DNA of 64,000 nt from NCBI GenBank assembly GCA_951406725.2, contig OX597817.1, positions 142,290,001-142,354,000 of the forward strand. Reading direction: 5' to 3'. Shown one piece after another: positions 17,147 to 27,344 of the stretch. Within the stretch, counting starts at the first letter, position 1; each line of letters begins with the position of its first letter. The position numbers were made by a program, and so were the translations under genes. The stretch is from Octopus vulgaris. Lineage: Eukaryota. A model generated the notes under the pieces. The model saw only the letters and a list, made by a program, of their open reading frames with translations, did no database searches and was not told where the DNA came from.

Positions 17147-17258
17147 AGCATTTATGTACGTGTTTGTATGTATGCGTGTGTTTGTGCGTTGATATGTGTC
17201 TGTGAATATATATATATGTCTATATATGTGAGTGTGTGTGTGAGCATATATGTGTATG

Positions 17259-17306
<48 letters not shown>

Positions 17307-17729
17307 TGTGTGTGTGTGTGGAAATAGCTGTACTTTTATGTATCTATACATCTCCGTATCTATGTATGTGTCAGCGTGTGTCTAGTTCTTTGTGCAATAA
17401 AAGTATATTCAACGATACACACACACACACACACTTTTTCCGAAACTATAATAATTTGCCAAAAGTTATTGATTTTACAATCGGGAGAAATTTATGTTCA
17501 AAATGTTATTATTAGATCGATCGGTTATGTGTAATGCAGAAATGTAAGCATGATATATCTATTTCAACCGAGATCTTTAAAACCCCTAATTATAATAGAT
17601 ATTTCTACAAAATCTTCCCCACCAACACCACCTCACTATTGAAAATTTTGTAATAGGAGCCAAATTTTGTAATATGAGCGATTTGCATGAAATAGCAGCC
17701 AAAAACTCTCTGTTGATTTCTCTGTTATG

Positions 17730-17979
17730 TTTTACTTGTTTAGATCATGAGATTCGGTCATGCTGGAGCACTGCGTTGTAGAATTTTTAATCGAATGGAT
17801 CGACCTCAGTACATTTTATAAAATCTGGTACTTATTTTATTGATCCCTTTTGCCAAACTGTTGGGTTACGGGGACGTAAACACACCAACACCGGGTGTCA
17901 AGTTGCGGTGGGGGACAAACACAGATACAGACATACAAATATATAAGTGTGATTGTGTATACACACACTCACACAGACA

Positions 17980-18014
<35 letters not shown>

Positions 18015-18180
18015 GCTCGACAGGCTTCTTTTAGTTTCCATCTACCATATCCACTTGCAAGGTTTTGGTCGGCTCGTGGCTATAGTAGAAGACACTTGCC
18101 TAAGGTGACTCGCAGTGAGACTGAACCCGGAGCCATGTGGCTAAGAAGCAAGCCTCTTACCACACAGCCACACCTGCGCC
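17730..18180 (-). mobile_element. Family-A SINE (diverged)
   Basis: Reverse-complement match to the family-A head, body and tail. Confidence 0.85.
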
Positions 18181-19764
18181 TGTTTCGTGAAAGGAAAAGG
18201 CATATTGCGTAACGTGGTCCCCGCGTCCATCTAAAGAGACAAGATGTCGTAGTTAGACTGTTGGTTATTGTAGATGTGCAAAACCGGGTTTAACTGCACG
18301 GTGAACATCGAAAACAATGACAACAACAGAAACATTGACAGCAACAACCAAACATAAAGGAAAAGCTCTTTGCACGAGGTATGTACCTCATACTGTTATT
18401 GTTTGTTCCTTCTAGAGACATGCCTGGCTCATAAGAGCCGGCTCCCGGTTTCATTGGCGTATAGATTCCCCAACTGAAAATATCTTATGCATTCAGATAG
18501 TAATAATACCATAATAAGATCATAATTCATGGGACTTATTTGGATCCCTGTCAATTACACTTGCGATGAATTATACGATAAATATATTAGAATATTAAAA
18601 TAACAATAATAAATCTCTGAACGAGATGTAAACAGTAACCGCTCGACAACGTAAAGTATACTAGCCATCTCAATATGGCTAACCACTAAGGGTGGGTGTT
18701 ACTGTAGCTTTTAGCCCCAGGATATCATCGTCTCCAGCTGGCTTCAGGCACACTTTTTGTGCCCTTATGGTATTTGAAAAGGGAGGTCATCCCTCTCTCG
18801 TAAACCTAAGTGATACGCACGGACTGCAGTTATACTTATAGTCTATGCTTACAATACTATAAAACCAACGGTGAACAATATGTCTATGCATACACGAAAA
18901 AGGCAGATAGCGACTTCGAAGCTTAACGGACAGTCATTGTGACTGGTAAGCAGAAACTTCGAAGTCACTGTCTAACTTTTCCCTGTAAATGTTGATAAAT
19001 ACGTATTCTAATAAAAGTTCGTTAATTTGTGTTATGCATAAATTCTGATATTAGATCTTTGTAGCACAATGCAATAAAGTGTTCTTCCGATGATCCATTG
19101 CAGTTAGACGACCAAATGCACTTGGAAAATTCAGTCCTTGTTTCCAATTTCAGTGATTAAACGTACGTAGGAACTAATAATTTATACTTGTGTTTATCTA
19201 AATTTTCCCCAACATAAATTTGCATACAAAAATATATTATTATCAAGCTGGAAAGCTGGTCTAAGGGGTTGCAATAGAGTGAACTCCATTAATGGCAGCC
19301 AAAGTGTCAGATAATGACGTTAAACATGGCGACGGATTAAATCTAAATCTCTGTAAGGCGTCGGTGGTATTTGAGCTTACAAGACGGAATAAATAGAGCC
19401 AATCACTTTGTTCCAAGTTCTTGCAGTTTTGTCAATTACAGCCATTCCTTCGGGAATTTTTATTGACCTCAGATCACATCAAACGTAGGAAAGGCAAAAT
19501 TTAAAGAGGACGGGAATTGAATTCAGATTGCGGTGTATCAGTACAAACCTGGCTCCCTAAAGAGTAATTCCCTTTTTGAGAGTCCTATGGTTTTGCAAGG
19601 TGATGTTATTTACTTTAGGACAGTTTTGTACAGAAAGAGAATTAATATTCTTTAGTTCAAAGATATAGGCAAAGGGTTCGAGGAAAGACTAGCATATTGG
19701 ATTAGGTACGAATGGGACATACTTTTTTTTAAATGGTTAAAATTTTATCTCTCATCTTTTGTCT

Positions 19765-20085
19765 TCTACTAGTTTCAGTCATTAGACTACGGCCATGCTG
19801 GGGCACATCTTTGAATGATTTTAGTCTAACGAATCGATCCCTGTACACATTTTTTGAAGCCTAGTACTTATCGGTTTCATTTACAGAACAGCTATGTTAC
19901 ATGGACGTAAACAACCAAAATTGGTTGTGAAGCGTTTGCTTGGGAGGACAAACAGACTCAAACACAGACGCGCGCGCGCACGCATATACGACGGGCTTTG
20001 GTCAACCCAGAGTTATAGTGGAAGACACTTGCCCAAGGTGTCATGCAGTGTTTGGAAAGTAAATGTCTTACCACAAAGTCACGTT
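19765..20085 (-). mobile_element. Family-A SINE (diverged, deleted)
   Basis: GTTTCAGTCATTAGACT.CGGCCATGCTGGGGCAC ... GAAGACACTTGCCCAAGGTGTC. Confidence 0.75.
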
Positions 20086-20635
20086 GGGTATTTATAAATT
20101 GTAAATCAATGATGGAAGTGAAAAACTCTTCAACAAAAGTGGAAGAATCTCCTTGGTATTAACTTCTGAAACACTTTCTTTGTCTTTCGAGCGTCATTCA
20201 AGTTAGTAAGTGGAACCTAATGGTGATTAATTCTTCTTCTAATTAGTTCCAACTTTTGTTATATATGGCCACTTCGTTCTGTATTTATATTTGTTTCCAT
20301 TTCTTACTTTACTCGACGAAATAAATATCGGTCGTAAACTGATTAATGTGTCGAGTTAATTTGTTAAACCTCGCCGTTTTTCATCGTCTGCCTCTTAATT
20401 GTTTCGCTAATCTCAGAAGTTTTACAACTTTGATTAGGAGATGCGGAACCACATATGTGAGAATCTAGCGGATTCATGTTCTAAGATTTCAATGAAAGTT
20501 CAATTCAAAATAGAAGCATATTCATTTCACTAACTTTCTTTAACGTTTGTATGAGAAATATATTCCTCGAATATCTAGAGATTTTCTATTGCGAAACAAA
20601 ATAAAAATGATGTTATAAGTTAAAATATAGATTCG

Positions 20636-20747
20636 TAGGCACAGGTGTGGCACCCTGGAAAAGTGCCTTCTGCTACAGCCTCGGGCCGACCAAAGATTTG
20701 TTAGTGGACTTGGTAGCTAGGTTTATGTGGGTTTATGTGTGTGTATG

Positions 20748-20750
<3 letters not shown>
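20636..20750 (+). mobile_element. 5' half of a family-A SINE with an internal deletion; its internal TG/TA microsatellite hosts the 484-bp array
   Basis: TAGGCACAGGTGTGGC|ACCCTGG...GCCTCGGGCCGACCAAAG. The B-box segment is deleted between two GTGGC copies. Confidence 0.7.
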
Positions 20751-20842
<92 letters not shown>

Positions 20843-21051
20843 TAGGCCGCTGGTGGCAAAGAATTCTACAAATTTTTTTGCCACCCTATATTGATTAATT
20901 ATGAATTTTCTGGTTAGTTCCGTAACGGAATCGGTGGTTCATTTGCTGCCGATAAATTTGGCGCGAGTGCGACGATTTGAAAATTTTAGGTCAGATATTG
21001 CCGAGGTAGCAAGAGGAATGCCTCGTGAAAAATATCTGTTCCGATTTGGCT

Positions 21052-21158
21052 ATTTCTTACTGATGAGTCTAAGGGCCTATGGTGGATTGGCTTGATTTAA
21101 TTTAATCAGGTTAGTTTACCATTAAACGGTAGATGAAACGGTGCATCGTCTAAGAAAT
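21052..21158 (+). ncRNA. Type I hammerhead ribozyme (unit 1)
   Basis: Helix I ATTTCTTA (21052-59)/TAAGAAAT (21151-58). Core CTGATGA 21060-66. Helix II base GTCTA/TAGAT plus a 19-bp distal stem 21079-97/21104-22. GAAA 21135-38. Helix III CGG-TGCA-TCG. GTC triplet, with cleavage predicted after 21150. Confidence 0.88.
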
Positions 21159-21535
21159 TACAGGGTAAAAGTTTTTCAATTTTCTCCTGGTTTACGGTAT
21201 TAATGTTATTTTGCGGTTAAAGCTTTTGGCTGTTATTTCTAGTGGGTGAATGGCCTATTATGGCCGTTCCTTGATTGTGATGTTGAACGTAAAAATGGTT
21301 TATGACTATTTAATTTTTTCCTACTAGGCCGCTGGTGGCAAAAGAATTCTACAAAATTTTTTTGCCACCCTATATTGATTAATTATGAATTTTCTGGTTA
21401 GTTCCGTAACGGAATCGGTGGTTCATTTGCTGCCGATAAATTTGGCGCGAGTGCGACGATTTGAAAATTTTAGGTCAGATATTGCCGAGGTAGCAAGAGG
21501 AATGCCTCGTGAAAAATATCTGTTCCGATTTGGCT

Positions 21536-21642
21536 ATTTCTTACTGATGAGTCTAAGGGCCTATGGTGGATTGGCTTGATTTAATTTAATCAGGTTAGTT
21601 TACCATTAAACGGTAGATGAAACGGTGCATCGTCTAAGAAAT
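21536..21642 (+). ncRNA. Type I hammerhead ribozyme (unit 2)
   Basis: Identical to unit 1. Cleavage predicted after 21634. Confidence 0.88.
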
Positions 21643-22019
21643 TACAGGGTAAAAGTTTTTCAATTTTCTCCTGGTTTACGGTATTAATGTTATTTTGCGG
21701 TTAAAGCTTTTGGCTGTTATTTCTAGTGGGTGAATGGCCTATTATGGCCGTTCCTTGATTGTGATGTTGAACGTAAAAATGGTTTATGACTATTTAATTT
21801 TTTCCTACTAGGCCGCTGGTGGCAAAAGAATTCTACAAAATTTTTTTGCCACCCTATATTGATTAATTATGAATTTTCTGGTTAGTTCCGTAACGGAATC
21901 GGTGGTTCATTTGCTGCCGATAAATTTGGCGCGAGTGCGACGATTTGAAAATTTTAGGTCAGATATTGCCGAGGTAGCAAGAGGAATGCCTCGTGAAAAA
22001 TATCTGTTCCGATTTGGCT

Positions 22020-22126
22020 ATTTCTTACTGATGAGTCTAAGGGCCTATGGTGGATTGGCTTGATTTAATTTAATCAGGTTAGTTTACCATTAAACGGTAG
22101 ATGAAACGGTGCATCGTCTAAGAAAT
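22020..22126 (+). ncRNA. Type I hammerhead ribozyme (unit 3)
   Basis: Identical to unit 1. Cleavage predicted after 22118. Confidence 0.88.
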
Positions 22127-22503
22127 TACAGGGTAAAAGTTTTTCAATTTTCTCCTGGTTTACGGTATTAATGTTATTTTGCGGTTAAAGCTTTTGGCTG
22201 TTATTTCTAGTGGGTGAATGGCCTATTATGGCCGTTCCTTGATTGTGATGTTGAACGTAAAAATGGTTTATGACTATTTAATTTTTTCCTACTAGGCCGC
22301 TGGTGGCAAAAGAATTCTACAAAATTTTTTTGCCACCCTATATTGATTAATTATGAATTTTCTGGTTAGTTCCGTAACGGAATCGGTGGTTCATTTGCTG
22401 CCGATAAATTTGGCGCGAGTGCGACGATTTGAAAATTTTAGGTCAGATATTGCCGAGGTAGCAAGAGGAATGCCTCGTGAAAAATATCTGTTCCGATTTG
22501 GCT

Positions 22504-22610
22504 ATTTCTTACTGATGAGTCTAAGGGCCTATGGTGGATTGGCTTGATTTAATTTAATCAGGTTAGTTTACCATTAAACGGTAGATGAAACGGTGCATCG
22601 TCTAAGAAAT
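22504..22610 (+). ncRNA. Type I hammerhead ribozyme (unit 4)
   Basis: Identical to unit 1. Cleavage predicted after 22602. Confidence 0.88.
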
Positions 22611-22987
22611 TACAGGGTAAAAGTTTTTCAATTTTCTCCTGGTTTACGGTATTAATGTTATTTTGCGGTTAAAGCTTTTGGCTGTTATTTCTAGTGGGTG
22701 AATGGCCTATTATGGCCGTTCCTTGATTGTGATGTTGAACGTAAAAATGGTTTATGACTATTTAATTTTTTCCTACTAGGCCGCTGGTGGCAAAAGAATT
22801 CTACAAAATTTTTTTGCCACCCTATATTGATTAATTATGAATTTTCTGGTTAGTTCCGTAACGGAATCGGTGGTTTATTTGCTGCCGATAAATTTGGCGC
22901 GAGTGCGACGATTTGAAAATTTTAGGTCAGATATTGCCGAGGTAGCAAGAGGAATGCCTCGTGAAAAATATCTGTTCCGATTTGGCT

Positions 22988-23094
22988 ATTTCTTACTGAT
23001 GAGTCTAAGGGCCTATGGTGGATTGGCTTGATTTAATTTAATCAGGTTAGTTTACCATTAAACGGTAGATGAAACGGTGCATCGTCTAAGAAAT
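22988..23094 (+). ncRNA. Type I hammerhead ribozyme (unit 5)
   Basis: Identical to unit 1. Cleavage predicted after 23086. Confidence 0.88.
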
Positions 23095-23471
23095 TACAGG
23101 GTAAAAGTTTTTCAATTTTCTCCTGGTTTACGGTATTAATGTTATTTTGCGGTTAAAGCTTTTGGCTGTTATTTCTAGTGGGTGAATGGCCTATTATGGC
23201 CGTTCCTTGATTGTGATGTTGAACGTAAAAATGGTTTATGACTATTTAATTTTTTCCTACTAGGCCGCTGGTGGCAAAAGAATTCTACAAAATTTTTTTG
23301 CCACCCTATATTGATTAATTATGAATTTTCTGGTTAGTTCCGTAACGGAATCGGTGGTTTATTTGCTGCCGATAAATTTGGCGCGAGTGCGACGATTTGA
23401 AAATTTTAGGTCAGATATTGCCGAGGTAGCAAGAGGAATGCCTCGTGAAAAATATCTGTTCCGATTTGGCT

Positions 23472-23578
23472 ATTTCTTACTGATGAGTCTAAGGGCCTAT
23501 GGTGGATTGGCTTGATTTAATTTAATCAGGTTAGTTTACCATTAAACGGTAGATGAAACGGTGCATCGTCTAAGAAAT
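23472..23578 (+). ncRNA. Type I hammerhead ribozyme (unit 6)
   Basis: Identical to unit 1. Cleavage predicted after 23570. Confidence 0.88.
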
Positions 23579-23955
23579 TACAGGGTAAAAGTTTTTCAAT
23601 TTTCTCCTGGTTTACGGTATTAATGTTATTTTGCGGTTAAAGCTTTTGGCTGTTATTTCTAGTGGGTGAATGGCCTATTATGGCCGTTCCTTGATTGTGA
23701 TGTTGAACGTAAAAATGGTTTATGACTATTTAATTTTTTCCTACTAGGCCGCTGGTGGCAAAAGAATTCTACAAAATTTTTTTGCCACCCTATATTGATT
23801 AATTATGAATTTTCTGGTTAGTTCCGTAACGGAATCGGTGGTTCATTTGCTGCCGATAAATTTGGCGCGAGTGCGACGATTTGAAAATTTTAGGTCAGAT
23901 ATTGCCGAGGTAGCAAGAGGAATGCCTCGTGAAAAATATCTGTTCCGATTTGGCT

Positions 23956-24062
23956 ATTTCTTACTGATGAGTCTAAGGGCCTATGGTGGATTGGCTTGAT
24001 TTAATTTAATCAGGTTAGTTTACCATTAAACGGTAGATGAAACGGTGCATCGTCTAAGAAAT
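23956..24062 (+). ncRNA. Type I hammerhead ribozyme (unit 7)
   Basis: Identical to unit 1. Cleavage predicted after 24054. Confidence 0.88.
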
Positions 24063-24283
24063 TACAGGGTAAAAGTTTTTCAATTTTCTCCTGGTTTACG
24101 GTATTAATGTTATTTTGCGGTTAAAGCTTTTGGCTGTTATTTCTAGTGGGTGAATGGCCTATTATGGCCGTTCCTTGATTGTGATGTTGAACGTAAAAAT
24201 GGTTTATGACTATTTAATTTTTTCCTACTAGGCCGCTGGTGGCAAAAGAATTCTACAAAATTTTTTTTGCCACCCTATATTGA

Positions 24284-24323
<40 letters not shown>

Positions 24324-24326
<3 letters not shown>

Positions 24327-24511
24327 TAACAAAATGGAGAATTGAGGTTGTATATAGTTAATTTATTTGAACGGGCCAGAATCAAAACATATGTAGATTT
24401 TTTTCAGTCTCCTAGTGTGCTTTTTAAAACTTCATTTATATTTATATCTTGAAAACGAGCTATGATGCAAATAAATTAACTATACATCTGCAACTCTCCA
24501 TTTTCTTGCAC
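24324..24511. mobile_element. MITE-like element with about 45-bp terminal inverted repeats
   Basis: GTGTAACAAAATGGAGAATTG...TATAGTTAATTTATTTG versus CAAATAAATTAACTATA...CAACTCTCCATTTTCTTGCAC. Confidence 0.7.
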
Positions 24512-24526
24512 AATTAATTTTACCAG

Positions 24527-24740
24527 GGCGGCGAGCTGGCAGAAACGTTAGCACGCCGGGCGAAATGCTTAGCGTTAATTCGTCTGTCTTTACGTTATGA
24601 GTTCAAATTCCCTCGAGGTCGACTTTGCCTTCCATCATTTCGGGATCGATAAATTAAGTATAATTAGCACACTGGGTTCGATCTAATCGACTAGAACCCT
24701 CCCGAAAATTTCAGAGCTTGTGCCTAGAGTAGAAAAGATT
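24527..24740 (+). mobile_element. Family-B SINE
   Basis: GGCGGCGAGCTGGCAGAAACGTTAGCACGCCGGGCG ... CTTGTGCCTAGAGTAGAAAAG. Confidence 0.88.
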
Positions 24741-24880
24741 GTTAATTTTACCTATTATAAAAATCCATAAAGCATCGTGGAAATTTTCTTCGAATGTGAT
24801 GCAGATTAAACCAGTGAAACTTTAGATTTCTTAATCCCTAACGAGGATAAGATATTCTTTAATTGACTATATATATATAT

Positions 24881-25300
24881 TGAGGGTAGAAATTAATATT
24901 AATTAACTTAATATCAATTTAAACCAGTGCGCTAGCATAATTTTAAAAAATCCGAAGATTCAGAAAGATTATATTACATACAAATAAGAGGAATGACCAC
25001 TAGGTAGATTCCTAATATGCTAGAGGATGATCCCATATGGTCTGACTACCAAATTTTACCACCAAATTTTGTATCTTTTCATTTGTCTTGCTCGCCTTAC
25101 GTTCTCCGAAGATATATGCCAACATTTCTTGAGAACAATTTTTCTTAGTGATCAGACCATATGGCGTCTTCCCCAGCATATTACGAATCCACGCAGTGGT
25201 CATTCCTCTTATTTGTGTGTATTCGTATTTTTATATCAATATTCTAGACTATTGGTTTAAATTGATGTTAATTGTTTGATATGAATTTCTACCCTCATTA

Positions 25301-25352
<52 letters not shown>

Positions 25353-25772
25353 AAATAATGAGGGTAGAAATTCATATCAATCAATTAACATCAATTTAAA
25401 CCAATAGTCTAGAATATTCAAAAAAATCCGAAGATTTAAAATTTTATATTACTGTTAATAAGAAGAATGACCTCTAAAGTGGATTCCTATACGCTAGAGA
25501 TTGACGTCAAATCGCCTTACCACAAAGAGTGTGTTCTCAAGAAAAACCCAGCAGACGCCAAAATGTAAACAACAGTTTGCATTTTGAAAGTATTAATAAT
25601 GAAATTATGATACGAAGGTAATCGTTTTATTTTGTAAATTTTCATTTGCCTCGCTTATTTTTTACATTTTGTCGTTTGCTGGGTTTTTTCTTGAGAACAC
25701 ACTCTTTATGGTAAGGCGATTTGACGTCTGTCTCTAGCTTCTAGGAATCCACTTTAGTGGTCATTCCTCTTA
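24881..25772. mobile_element. Two adjacent foldback/MITE-like elements (24881-25298 and 25358-25772) separated by (TA)n
   Basis: Termini TGAGGGTAGAAATT / AATTTCTACCCTCA. In the second copy 25460-25570 is inverted relative to 25661-25772. A diverged fragment lies at about 9205-9330. Confidence 0.7.
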
Positions 25773-26444
25773 AGGTTGTAATATAGAAAACAGAGAGATA
25801 TAATGGATACAAAATACTTTTCTAATTAATCAACCTATTCACCATATTGGTGAATGTGTTGATTAATTAATAAAATAATTTGTATCTATTAGATATCCAT
25901 CATATCTCTCTGTTTACTAACTCTATAAAAATGTTTGATATTTTACGACATTCTCTATTATATATTAATTAAGGAATTATCACTTCATTATTGAATATAT
26001 TAAACCAGTGTATCTTGGATGAATATCCCTATAACAGGTTTGAATATCCTCATGGTGACTACATATATATATAAACATTCGTTATAGTACAAACATTAAA
26101 TTTGAGTCAACGACTTTATATATAACACCATACATGAAATATTTAATCGCATATAAATATTACCATGGTTCTCAAACTCATAAAAATACTTATACATAAA
26201 AATACAGACTGTAAATATATATTCGAATAAAATAAAATACAAATAGAACAACCTATCAAAAAAGGTAAATACAAACGACTAAATATTTGTAAACTACCCC
26301 AAAACTAAGAGACAACGATAAAATAAACGTCCAACGACTAAAATGGTTTTTTCAAACGATTAAAAATATCTTTTGCCGTCCTATAAACCCTTTTGTTTCT
26401 GTAAAAAAGAGATAAATATTATTTCTTGTTGTGTGTATATATAT

Positions 26445-26807
26445 TGTGCCAAATGTTGGCATTGTAAGCTACACCAATGCTAGAACGGGACGACACTGCA
26501 TAGTGCCAAAGATCCCAGCAATGGCATCACGCTTCAGGACCAGCTACTGCAACAGCCTGGGTTTCAAGGGCCAACAGCTTTTTAATATTCTACCAAATAG
26601 TCTGAGGAACCTGCACAAAGTAAATGTAGCGGTTTTAAAATCAAAGCTGGACATCTTCCTGTCGAGAACCTACCTCACGGCAAGAGGTGCAAATGAGGGT
26701 AGCTATATCAAACTCCACTCTTCACCAAGTGCCACATTTTAGAGGAGGTTCTTCGTAATAATATTGTAGCACAAAACGGCGGTGCATCAGCATGGCCGCA
26801 GCTCTGA

Positions 26808-26812
<5 letters not shown>
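26445..26812 (+). mobile_element. LINE (CR1/L2-group-like) 3' end
   Basis: Translation ...NSLGFKGQQLFNILPNSLRNLHKVNVAVLKSKLDIFLSR matches the C-terminal FN.LP..LR...FK..LD.FL motif of such LINE ORF2s. It ends GGCGGTGCATCAGCATGGCCGCAG...CTGAAAC, then (TA)n. Confidence 0.7.
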
Positions 26813-26859
<47 letters not shown>

Positions 26860-26874
26860 ATGTATATATATATG

Positions 26875-26905
<31 letters not shown>

Positions 26906-26916
26906 ATGTATGTTTG

Positions 26917-26980
<64 letters not shown>

Positions 26981-27344
26981 TGTATGTATGTATGTATGTA
27001 TGTATGTATGTATGTATGTATGTATATATGTATGTATGCATGTATTAAAAGCAGAACAGCTTTTGTGATATTTCTGCTGCTTTTAATAAAGCATATTACT
27101 CTACCTCTGGTATTTGAGTACTCTCATTTACCACCTTGTTTCTCATCTATGTGCTTACTCTGGTATACATATATATATATCGTTTTTAGAAACACAAAAA
27201 TCCGGAGAAGAAGACCACTCTAAGAAGTAGAGCAGTCTATACATCCTGGTGAAGACCGGTTTATGCGGATACCCTGGGTTTCTCGTTCATAAATGATATA
27301 ACTTCATGGTGTATCGTCAGACTCCAGAACCAAACCTATATACA

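Larger units (their letters stand above)
20842..24288 (+). mobile_element. Tandem array of 484-bp hammerhead-containing units (non-LTR retrozyme-like): 7 full units plus a 61-bp partial
   Basis: Units start CTAGGCCGCTGGTGGC at 20842, 21324, 21808, 22292, 22776, 23260, 23744 and 24228 (partial). They are nearly identical, flanked by (TA)n on both sides, and each full unit has one hammerhead. Confidence 0.9.

Noticed and set aside
20842-20885. Helitron 3' end on the minus strand (hairpin, then AGCGGC-CTAG|T) as the explanation for the array
   Set aside because: The hairpin and CTAG are real, but there is no 5' TC terminus at the unit junctions. The stems contain + strand G·U pairs, and a full hammerhead is present. 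A retrozyme explains more features, though a rolling-circle DNA origin is not formally excluded.
20901-23999. Seven copies of a 64-aa ORF (MNFLVSSVTES...) as a tandem gene family
   Set aside because: There is no recognisable domain. The ORF runs through the hammerhead core and stops inside helix II, and identity simply follows from the DNA repeat. It does lie intact within each predicted monomer, so ribosome profiling could revisit it.
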